64,000 bases of DNA from Polyangiales bacterium (GTDB lineage Bacteria > Myxococcota_A > Polyangia > Polyangiales > Ga0077539): positions 7,599-71,598 of the forward strand of contig JBILLV010000008.1 of the NCBI GenBank assembly GCA_044375895.1, read 5' to 3'. The stretch's first letter is position 1. Each line of letters starts with the position of its first letter. The position numbers were made by a program, and so were the translations under genes. Under the pieces are notes generated by a model. It saw nothing but the letters and a program-made list of their open reading frames with translations. It had not been told where the DNA came from and ran no database searches. Below, piece after piece: positions 36,666 to 44,138 of the stretch.

Positions 36666-37757
36666 GTGCGCGACGCGACCTTCGTGACGGCCCTCGCGCT
36701 GCTCCTGACCCCGGCGTGGTCGCGGGCGCAGGAGGCGCCGTCGCGCCGCGATCTGCTGGTGCGCGCGGAGGCGGCGAGCCGTGAGGGCCAGCACGCGGAC
36801 GCGCTCGCGCTGGCGGAGGCCGCCGGGCGCATGCAGATGACGCCGTCGGTGCGGATGTTCCTCGCGGAGGAGCACGAGGCGCTGGCGGAGGGCGGGGTGC
36901 GCGGCCGGCACCTGCTCGACGCGGCGGCGATGGCGCAGGCGTGTGTGCGCGACGCCAACGCGCAGCCGACGCTCAACAACCGCGACCGCATCCTCGCGCG
37001 CTGCACCGTGCTCCTCCAGCGGCTCAACGCGCGCATCGCGCGGGTGCGGGTGGTGGTGGCCGCGACGCCGCCCGCGGGCACGGAGGTGCGCCTCGACGAG
37101 CGCAGGCTCACCGACGCCGAGTGGAACACCCCCATCGAGGTGCTGCCGGGGGAGAGCGTCGTGGAGGCGCGGTCGCCGGACGGCCGGGTGTTTCGGCAGA
37201 CGGTGCGGCTCGCGGCCGAAGGGAGCGCGACGGTGACGGTGCGCTTCTCGCCCGTCGCGCTGACGTCCGCGCCTGGCGCGCTGGCCGATCGCCCGCCCGC
37301 GGCGTCGCCCGTCTGGCCGCGCGTGGTGGGGTGGTCGCTGGTGGGCGTCGGCGCGGTCGGCGTCGCCCTCGGGGTGTGGCAGTGGGGCGTGAGCCGTTCC
37401 CTCGCCGATGACGCCGAGCACGGGACGGGGGCCTCGGGCGAGGCGTGGGCGCGCTACGCGACGCGGGTCAACCCGGCCGACGAGCGCGGCGCGCGGCGCT
37501 ACTCGATCACCGAGGTGTGCGTCCGCGCGGACGGTGAGGCCGCGACGGACGCGGACGCGCGCGGCGCCGCCACGCTCTGCGAGGCGAGCGGGACGGCGCG
37601 GACGCTGGGCTTCGCGCTGGGGGTCGGCGGCGCGGTGCTCGCTGGCGTCGGGGCGGTGGTGCTCGCGGTGGCGCCGCGGGCGGCGACGGCTCGCGTCGCG
37701 GTGGCGCCGTGGGTGGAGCGCGGGCTGAGCGGCGCCGTGGTGGGAGGGCGGTTCTGA
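36666..37757 (+). CDS. secreted/membrane hypothetical protein (helical N-domain, PEGA-like beta segment, two TM helices)
   Basis: GTG start lies 6 nt after the kinase stop. The signal is LALLLTPAWSRAQE. PPAGTEVRLDERRL...VLPGESVVEARSPDGRVFRQTVRL resembles a PEGA/carboxypeptidase-regulatory-like strand set. Confidence 0.65.
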   Translation: MRDATFVTALALLLTPAWSRAQEAPSRRDLLVRAEAASREGQHADALALAEAAGRMQMTPSVRMFLAEEHEALAEGGVRGRHLLDAAAMAQACVRDANAQPTLNNRDRILARCTVLLQRLNARIARVRVVVAATPPAGTEVRLDERRLTDAEWNTPIEVLPGESVVEARSPDGRVFRQTVRLAAEGSATVTVRFSPVALTSAPGALADRPPAASPVWPRVVGWSLVGVGAVGVALGVWQWGVSRSLADDAEHGTGASGEAWARYATRVNPADERGARRYSITEVCVRADGEAATDADARGAATLCEASGTARTLGFALGVGGAVLAGVGAVVLAVAPRAATARVAVAPWVERGLSGAVVGGRF

Positions 37758-39061
37758 TGCGGCGCGCGGCGGTGCTGGTGGTGCTGACGATGGGGTGCAT
37801 GCTGCGCTGGCCCGCGCTGCCCGCGCGCGACGACGCCGCGCTGGTGAGCGAGGCAGGCGACGCGGACGTGAGCGAGGTGGGCGACGCGAAGGACGAAGGG
37901 GATGTCGCGGAGGCTGGCGACGCGGCGGAGGCTGGCGACGCGGCCGAGGCTGGCGACGCGGCGGAGGCTGGCGACGCGGCGGAGGCTGGCGACGCGGCGG
38001 GTGACACGCAGGACGACCTCGTGTGCCCGACTGGGCGCACGCGCTGCGGAGGGGTCTGTGCCGACACGCAGGTCGAACTCCAGCACTGCGGTGGTTGCGG
38101 GCGGATGTGCGCGGCTGGCCAGACCTGCACCTTCGGCCGCTGCGTGTGCCAGACGGGCGCAGTGGACTGCGACGGCGTGGCCAGCAACGGATGCGAGGTC
38201 GACGTCACCACCTCTGTCATGCACTGCGGCGCGTGCCGGACGGCGTGCGCGGCGCGCCCCAACAGCACCCCCGCCTGCGCCGCTGGAACGTGCAGACCGA
38301 CATGCACGACCGTCTACGCCAACTGCGACGCGGCGGAGGCCAACGGCTGCGAGGTGAACATCACCACCGACGTCGGCCACTGCGGCGGCTGTGGGCTGGT
38401 CTGTCAGACGCGTCCCAACACCACAGCCTCCTGCGCGATGGGCGACTGCGGCTTCTCGTGTACGGCCGGCTTTGGGGACTGCGACGCGATGGAGGCCAAC
38501 GGCTGCGAGGTCGCGCTCGCCACCAACTCTGCTCACTGCGGCCGTTGCAACAACGCGTGCATGTCCGGGAGAGCCTGCGTCGCGGGCACTTGCTCGACGG
38601 CAGCCGGCTGCCTGTCCCCGCGGCTCGACTGCGGCGGTGTGTGCGTCGACCAGCAGACGGATGCTCGCAACTGTGGCGGGTGTGGGCGGGTCTGTGGGAT
38701 GGGCCAGACCTGCGTCGCGGGGACATGCCGATGCCCGACAGGGCAGTCGGTGTGCGGCGCGGCCTGCACCAACCTCACGACCGACCCGCGCAACTGCGGC
38801 GCCTGCGGCAACGTCTGCCCCACGGGTGCGTCCTGTGCTGCGGGCCGTTGTGCTTGCCCCGCGGGACAGACCGCCTGCGGCGGGCGCTGCCTGAACACGA
38901 GCAGTGACGACACAAACTGCGGTGCGTGTGGACGACCCTGCGCGGTCAGCGGTGCGTGCGCCAACGGCAACTGCGCTTGCGGCGGTCGGGACCAGACCTG
39001 CTGTCTCACCGGTCGGTGCGGCGTGGGACTCAACTGTACGTGGGGCTTCTGCCGGATGTAG
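37757..39061 (+). CDS. secreted Myxococcus-type cysteine-rich repeat protein
   Basis: Its ATG overlaps the upstream stop by 1 nt (TGATG). It has an acidic AEAGDA x5 linker, then about 9 modules of the C-x-x-C-G-x-C-G-x-x-C type (HCGGCGRMC, HCGACRTAC, NCGGCGRVC, NCGACGNVC). Confidence 0.85.
   Translation: MRRAAVLVVLTMGCMLRWPALPARDDAALVSEAGDADVSEVGDAKDEGDVAEAGDAAEAGDAAEAGDAAEAGDAAEAGDAAGDTQDDLVCPTGRTRCGGVCADTQVELQHCGGCGRMCAAGQTCTFGRCVCQTGAVDCDGVASNGCEVDVTTSVMHCGACRTACAARPNSTPACAAGTCRPTCTTVYANCDAAEANGCEVNITTDVGHCGGCGLVCQTRPNTTASCAMGDCGFSCTAGFGDCDAMEANGCEVALATNSAHCGRCNNACMSGRACVAGTCSTAAGCLSPRLDCGGVCVDQQTDARNCGGCGRVCGMGQTCVAGTCRCPTGQSVCGAACTNLTTDPRNCGACGNVCPTGASCAAGRCACPAGQTACGGRCLNTSSDDTNCGACGRPCAVSGACANGNCACGGRDQTCCLTGRCGVGLNCTWGFCRM
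37910..37999. repeat. 18-nt tandem repeat x5 (GAGGCTGGCGACGCGGCG), in frame, encoding (EAGDAA)5
   Basis: Five head-to-tail copies with a single mismatch in copy 2, inside the 37757-39061 CDS. Confidence 0.95.
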
Positions 39062-39084
39062 TCGGCCGTTCCATCGTCTCTCCC

Positions 39085-39121
39085 CGCTTGCCCACCGGCC
39101 GCCGCGCTTGCCCATCGGCCG
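39085..39121 (+). repeat. two copies of CGCTTGCCCA(C/T)CGGCCG spaced exactly 20 bp (left arm of an inverted iteron-like array)
   Basis: Copies at 39085-39101 and 39105-39121, in the 417-bp intergenic region after the Cys-rich gene. Confidence 0.85.
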
Positions 39122-39241
39122 TGCGGCCTCAACTCCCCCGGAAATCCGCCACTACGCGCGCCCCGCCCGGCGAGCGCGTCGCCCCCTCCGCCCCACCACC
39201 CGCGCAACCCCCGTGAAACAAGCCCTCCCGCGCGACCTCCA

Positions 39242-39336
39242 CGGATGGGCAAGCGTTCGGCCCGATGGGCAAGCGCTCCACCCGCTGGGCAAGCGTCCGC
39301 TCCCGCTGGGCAGACCTACCCGCCGCCGGGCAGGCA
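39242..39336 (-). repeat. three strong and two decayed copies of the reverse-complement motif C(C/G)G(A/C)TGGGCAAGCG at 20-21 bp phasing (right arm)
   Basis: CGGATGGGCAAGCG at 39242, CCGATGGGCAAGCG at 39262, CCGCTGGGCAAGCG at 39282, CCGCTGGGCAGACC at 39303 and CCGGGCAGGC near 39327. The array lies about 145-235 nt upstream of the ATG at 39479. Confidence 0.85.
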
Positions 39337-39478
39337 TGTACGACCGATGAACACGCGATCCGCCTTCTGCAAAGGCCGTTTGCGCCGCTGGGATCGCCTT
39401 CCGGTAGGGTGACTCCACGTCGCGGACCTCGCGCGGGCTCTGTTGGCCCGACCGCACCCCCCGCGGCGTTGGTGAAGC

Positions 39479-40228
39479 ATGAGCGCACTCGCAGAAGAGC
39501 TGAAGCCCGGCCGTAACACCCTCGACCGCGCGCCTGGCCGCGCCCTCACCTTCCTCCTCGGCGCGGGGCGCTCCCCGCGGCTCCGCGGCCTGCTCGCGAC
39601 GCGCGGCTACACCGACGGCGAGCACGCGCGGGGGTGGCAGCTCCTGCGCGCGGTCGACCCCTCCATGGCGGCCAACGACGGGGGTGCGAGCGACGCCGAC
39701 CCGGCCGTGCGCGACGCGGTCGCCAACCTCGACGGCTGGGACAACGTCAACCTCCCGATCGTCGACGCCGCGCTGCGCCGCCGCGAGCCGGAGGTGCACG
39801 GGTTTCTGTTCGCCAACGGGCTGGCGCCGGCCGACGGGATCGAGTCGGTGCGCGTCGTCACCACCTTCATCGACCGTGTCGACACCGTCCGCGCCGTGGC
39901 CGAGAACCAGCGCGACGAGCCCGCCCCCTTCGACGCCTCGCAGGCCCAGCGCGCGCTCACGCTGATGGAGACGCGCGGCGTCGGCGAGGCCGAGCAGGAG
40001 ACCGTCCGCGGGTGGCTGGAGGTCGCGCAGCGCGGCGCGGCGCCCGTCGCCCCGACGGAGGTGACGACGGACGACGAGGACGCGCTCGTCGCGCTCCACG
40101 AGTGGGTCGGCGAGTGGGCGCTCGTCGCGCGCAAGCTGCTCAAGCGCAAGGTCGACCTCATCGCGCTCGGGCTCGCGGAGAAGAAGCCCCGCGCGCCGAA
40201 GCCAAAGGATCCGCCGCAGCCCGCCTGA
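39479..40228 (+). CDS. hypothetical helical protein, first gene of the candidate defence locus
   Basis: 249 aa with strong GC3 bias in this frame and a diverse composition (WDNVNLPIVDAALRRREPEVHGFLFANG, LHEWVGEWALVARKLLKRK). The 540-aa antisense ORF is Arg/Ala/Gly junk. No family recognised. Confidence 0.65.
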   Translation: MSALAEELKPGRNTLDRAPGRALTFLLGAGRSPRLRGLLATRGYTDGEHARGWQLLRAVDPSMAANDGGASDADPAVRDAVANLDGWDNVNLPIVDAALRRREPEVHGFLFANGLAPADGIESVRVVTTFIDRVDTVRAVAENQRDEPAPFDASQAQRALTLMETRGVGEAEQETVRGWLEVAQRGAAPVAPTEVTTDDEDALVALHEWVGEWALVARKLLKRKVDLIALGLAEKKPRAPKPKDPPQPA

Positions 40229-40313
40229 AGCGCCCCGTCGCCCGCCCCGCCCGCACCCCCTCGTCCTGAACGCCAGTTGACCCCGCCGCGCGCCGCGTGC
40301 ATTGATCGCCGCG

Positions 40314-43169
40314 ATGAGCGGCGACGCCACACCCGACGCCCCCCTCGACGCGCGCCTCGTCGCGTGGATGGCGGCGCTGTTGCTCGTCGACGAGCACGCC
40401 CGCCTCATCGAGAGCGGGGCGGACAGCGACGCGCGCGTGCCCCTGGCGAAGGTGTTCGTCGACCTGAGCGCGACGCGGTGTGTGGGGCGGCTCCCGACGA
40501 AGGGCTCTGCGCTGCTCGAACTCGTGGGCATCGGAGACGGTAGCGCTGAGGCCGTGCGACCCATGTGGCTCCTCTTGGGAGGCCCGGGCGCGGGCAAGAG
40601 CACGGTCACCGCGATGGCCGCCCAGATCCAGCGGGCCCTCTGCGTGAGCGCGCGGCCCGAGGCCGTGCCGAAGACGCTGCAGGAGCGCGTGGGCGCTGTG
40701 ATCGATGGGCTACGCTCGGCGGCGGCGAGCCGGGTGGCGCTCGCGGCGGAGGGCGCGCTGCCGGTGCGGGTCAACCTCCCGGCCTTTGCGCGTCGGCTGG
40801 CCGATTCGCGCGGGGCGGAGGCGGGTGACGCGCTCTTCGAGCACCTCGCAGCGACGATGAGCGCCGACCTGCGCGCGGTGGGTCACGACGCGGAGTGCCG
40901 CGCGGCGGAGATGCGCGCGATGCTGCGTGCCGCAGGGCGGGTGATCTGGCTCTTCGACGGGCTCGACGAGGTGCCCACGGGCGACCTGCGGGCGGCGGTG
41001 TCGCGTGCGCTCCACGAGGTGATCGCGGTGCGGCGCCCGGGCGATCGCGCGGTGGTCACGACGCGGCCGCAGGGGTACGGCGGCGAGTTCGACGACTTCC
41101 CGACGATGGAGCTCGACGCGCTCGAGTGGCTCGCGGCGATGGACTTCTGCGAGCGCCTCGTCAAGGCCACCGGGCGCCCCGTCGAGGAGCGAGAGCTGCG
41201 CGAGACCCTGACGCGGGAGTTCAACCGTCCCGAGGTGCAGGCGCTGGCGCGGTCGCCCCTGCACGCCGCCATCGTCGCGAGCTTCATCGAGCGTCAGGAC
41301 GAGCTGCCGCGGTCCCGTTGGGTGCTCTTCGAGCGGTATTTCAACGTTCTCTTCGACCGAGAACTCCGGAAGCTGAGCGCGGCGGGCGTCAAGAGTGAGC
41401 AGCGCGCGAGGATCCTCGAGCTCCACGCGCGCGCGGGCCTCGCGCTCCACGTCCGCGCGCAGGCGCAGCCCGCCGCCACGCTGTCGGTGCGCGAGCTGCG
41501 CGCGATGATGGTGGTGTTCTACCAGGAGGAGGACCCCGACGAGGAGCATGCCGAGGAGAAGGCCGGGCAGTTGCTCCGCTTCGCCTCCGAGCGCCTTGTG
41601 CTCCTGCTGCGGGTCGTCGAGGGGGGCTACGCGTTTGGGATCCGTCCGCTGCAGGAGTTCTTCGCCGCGCGGGCGCTGTGGACGCTCGACGCCGCGACGC
41701 TACGCAAGCGCCTCGACGCGGTGGTCGTCGCGCCGCACTGGGCCAACGTGGTCGCGCTCCTCGCGAGCGGCGCAGCCGTCGTGGCGGTGGACGCGATGTC
41801 GTGGGGGGCGGCGTCGGTGCTGGTCGAGGTGTGCGAGGCGCTCAACGACGGTGCAGACCCCCTCCGGCGCACGGCTCCCCTCGCGTTCACCGATGCGCAC
41901 GCGTGGGAAGACGACTACCATTTCGCCCCCCCGCACACCGCGATGCAGCCACCAACTCCCTCGCCCCCTCGGCTCCTCTCCATCGACGCGCTGACCAACG
42001 TGCGCCTCTTTCGCGACACCCCGATCGTCGGTGCGCCCTTCCCGACGCCCGCCCCCGACCGCGGCCAGTGGATCGTCCTGATCGGCGAGAACGGAGTCGG
42101 CAAGACCACGCTCCTCCGCGCGCTGGCGCTCGCGCTCGTGTCGCCTGAGGTCGCCGCGAAGCAGTTGCACTCGCGGCTCCCACTCGTGCGCAACGGTGGC
42201 CCCGCGAGCATCGCGCTCACGCTCTCATCGGGCCTGTATCGGGCGGAGGTGAGCCGCGTGGATGGCGGCTCGACGGAGACCGTGAACCTCGTTGGCGATC
42301 CGCCGTCGGAGCGCCCATGGGTGGTGGGCTACGGCGTTCGTCGGGGCGGTGCGCTCGGCGAGGAGGGGCGCATCGTCGACTGGGCGCTGGAGGGCAACCT
42401 CCACACCCTCTTCGAACGCCAGCCCGCCCTCGTGGTCGCGCAGGACTGGCTCCTGAAGCTGGATCGTCGCGTCCAGCGTGAGCGGGCGCAGGCACAGGGC
42501 GGCGCAGCGGCGCCCAACACCCCCGCGAGCGACCTCTGGAACGCGGTGGTCAACGCGCTGAAGCGCGCGTTGGAGGTCACGGACATCACGGCGGGCGACG
42601 ACGACGTCGTGTACATCGAGCACGGGGACTTCGGGCGCGTCCGACTGGAGTCGCTCAGCGACGGGTACCTCAGCACGGCCGGTTGGATCGTCGACCTCAT
42701 CGCCCGTTGGGTGCGCCAACGCGAGGCGGAGGGTGATCTCCTCGTCGGCGACATCCTCGGGCAGATGACCGGCCTCGTGCTGGTCGATGAGGTTGACCTC
42801 CACCTCCACCCCCGCTGGCAGATGCGCGTCATCGACGACCTGCGCCGCATCTTCCCGCGGCTGACGTTCGTCGTGACGACGCACAACCCGTTGACGCTCC
42901 AGGGCGCGCGGCCGGGCGAGGTCTTCGTCATGTCGCGCGGTGACGGCGGGCGCATCACGCTCCTGCAGCGGGACATCCAGCCGGGGCACGACATCGACCG
43001 GGTGCTGCTGGAGCAGTTTGGCATCGAGCACACCTTCGACCGCGAGACTCGCGAGTGGCTGCGCGAGCACCGCCGCTTGATGGTGGCGGGCACTCCCCCG
43101 AGGACGCGCGGCGCCGCGAACTGGAGCGGGAGCTGGCCAAGCGGCTCGGCTCCTTTGGGGATGCGGTAG
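40314..43169 (+). CDS. fusion protein: N-terminal NACHT-type STAND NTPase plus C-terminal PtuA-like ABC/AAA_21 ATPase (reading frame probably continues to 43261 after a frameshift)
   Basis: NACHT half: VFVDLSA, Walker A WLLLGGPGAGKST, PVRVNLPAF, Walker B RVIWLFDGLDEV, AVVTTRPQGY, LARSPLHAAIV. ABC half from about aa 560: LSIDALTNVRLFRDT, Walker A IVLIGENGVGKTTLLRALALAL, signature-like ESLSDGYLS, Walker B/D-loop GLVLVDEVDLHLHP, H-loop FVVTTHNPL. ATG at 40314 is preferred over the TTG at 40302. Confidence 0.8.
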   Translation: MSGDATPDAPLDARLVAWMAALLLVDEHARLIESGADSDARVPLAKVFVDLSATRCVGRLPTKGSALLELVGIGDGSAEAVRPMWLLLGGPGAGKSTVTAMAAQIQRALCVSARPEAVPKTLQERVGAVIDGLRSAAASRVALAAEGALPVRVNLPAFARRLADSRGAEAGDALFEHLAATMSADLRAVGHDAECRAAEMRAMLRAAGRVIWLFDGLDEVPTGDLRAAVSRALHEVIAVRRPGDRAVVTTRPQGYGGEFDDFPTMELDALEWLAAMDFCERLVKATGRPVEERELRETLTREFNRPEVQALARSPLHAAIVASFIERQDELPRSRWVLFERYFNVLFDRELRKLSAAGVKSEQRARILELHARAGLALHVRAQAQPAATLSVRELRAMMVVFYQEEDPDEEHAEEKAGQLLRFASERLVLLLRVVEGGYAFGIRPLQEFFAARALWTLDAATLRKRLDAVVVAPHWANVVALLASGAAVVAVDAMSWGAASVLVEVCEALNDGADPLRRTAPLAFTDAHAWEDDYHFAPPHTAMQPPTPSPPRLLSIDALTNVRLFRDTPIVGAPFPTPAPDRGQWIVLIGENGVGKTTLLRALALALVSPEVAAKQLHSRLPLVRNGGPASIALTLSSGLYRAEVSRVDGGSTETVNLVGDPPSERPWVVGYGVRRGGALGEEGRIVDWALEGNLHTLFERQPALVVAQDWLLKLDRRVQRERAQAQGGAAAPNTPASDLWNAVVNALKRALEVTDITAGDDDVVYIEHGDFGRVRLESLSDGYLSTAGWIVDLIARWVRQREAEGDLLVGDILGQMTGLVLVDEVDLHLHPRWQMRVIDDLRRIFPRLTFVVTTHNPLTLQGARPGEVFVMSRGDGGRITLLQRDIQPGHDIDRVLLEQFGIEHTFDRETREWLREHRRLMVAGTPPRTRGAANWSGSWPSGSAPLGMR

Positions 43170-43261
43170 TCGCAGAACGGGGTGGCGCGCCGCTCTCCGA
43201 AGTGCAGCGAGCCAACCTGGAGCGCTTCAAGCAACGCCGCGGCACATCTTCGCAGGGGTGA
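43095..43261 (+). other. candidate frameshift site (C5 run 43095-43099) and alternative-frame C-terminal extension of the ATPase
   Basis: After the C5 run the annotated frame reads RTRGAANWSGSWPSGSAPLGMR*. The other frame reads EDARRRELERELAKRLGSFGDAVVAERGGAPLSEVQRANLERFKQRRG* and stops at 43261, 4 nt before the GTG of the HNH gene. One extra C would join the frames. Confidence 0.5.
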
Positions 43262-43265
43262 CTCC

Positions 43266-44126
43266 GTGATCTCGGTGAAGCGACCGAATCCCCACGCGAG
43301 CCACGACACGGTCGCTCGTGCTCTCCGTGAAGCGATCCGCGCAGAGGTTGCGTCGCAGAAGACGGCGAGCTTCGACCGGCGAGAGATGTGGACGCTCGAC
43401 TACAAGCCGAGGGCGCTCGGGTGGGACGATGGTTGGGGCGAACGAGCGGCGGGGCTCTACAAGAGAGCGCTGGTGGGGACGAGCCACCTGGACGCGGAGG
43501 CGAAGTGCGTCTGGTGTGAGCAGCTGCGCGCGTGGAAGGGGGAGCTGCACGTCGATCACTTCCGCCCCAAGGCGCGTATGACGACCTGGCGTGGGACCCC
43601 GAGCGAGATCGCGGACGTCCCTCCCGACGAGGAGCCCGTCGGCGACGGCTACTGGTGGCTCGCACACACCTGGAACAACTGGAACCTCGCCTGCTACGGC
43701 TGCAACTCCGAGTGGAAGAGGAGTCTCCTGCCCCGCGTCGGCCCGCATCTGCCTCACGATGAGGGGGTCGAGGCCAGCGAGGTACTGCTGCTTCTCGATC
43801 CATCGAGCGACTTCCAGACGCGAGACCATTTCCGCTGGGACGCCGCGGGATACATGTTTGGTAAGACGGACGTCGGCCGCGCGACGATCATCACCTGCGG
43901 CCTCAACCGCAAGCTGCTGGTGTCGGCGCGCCTGAAGAAGGTGCCCGACGTGCTCTCCGCGATTGGTGACTTCAGGGCCGCACTCGCGGGCGGTCACGGT
44001 GGCGCAATGGCCCGCGAGTCGGCGAGGCTCGCCGCGCTTGGCGACACACGAGCGGAGTTCGCGGGGATGGTGCGCGATCTCGTCGAGGCCCGCCTGAACG
44101 ACCACTGGGAGTCGCTCTTCGGCTGA
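43266..44126 (+). CDS. HNH endonuclease, TIGR02646/PtuB-like
   Basis: HNH core is CVWCEQLRAWKGELHVDHFRPK...WNNWNLACYGCNSEWK. The N-terminal (V)ISVKRPNP and the later LLLLDPSSDF...ATIITCGLNRKLLVSAR match the layout I recall for PtuB/retron-associated HNH proteins. The GTG at 43266 is preferred over the ATG at 43182. Confidence 0.8.
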   Translation: MISVKRPNPHASHDTVARALREAIRAEVASQKTASFDRREMWTLDYKPRALGWDDGWGERAAGLYKRALVGTSHLDAEAKCVWCEQLRAWKGELHVDHFRPKARMTTWRGTPSEIADVPPDEEPVGDGYWWLAHTWNNWNLACYGCNSEWKRSLLPRVGPHLPHDEGVEASEVLLLLDPSSDFQTRDHFRWDAAGYMFGKTDVGRATIITCGLNRKLLVSARLKKVPDVLSAIGDFRAALAGGHGGAMARESARLAALGDTRAEFAGMVRDLVEARLNDHWESLFG

Positions 44127-44138
44127 CGCCGCTCCCTC

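Noticed and set aside
35055-37421. 788-aa minus-strand ORF antisense to the second kinase operon
   Set aside because: Arg/His/Gly-rich junk, while the plus-strand kinase motifs are unambiguous.
39152-40774. 540-aa minus-strand ORF across the repeat region and the start of the candidate defence locus
   Set aside because: It is antisense to two plus-strand genes with strong GC3 bias. Its product is Arg/Ala/Gly/Ser-rich with no motif.
43182-43265. ATG at 43182 as the start of the HNH gene
   Set aside because: The 28 extra residues (MARRSPKCSEPTWSASSNAAAHLRRGDS) look out of frame relative to the better alternative-frame tail of the ATPase. The GTG at 43266 gives the family-typical N-terminus. 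This call is kept open pending resolution of the frameshift.
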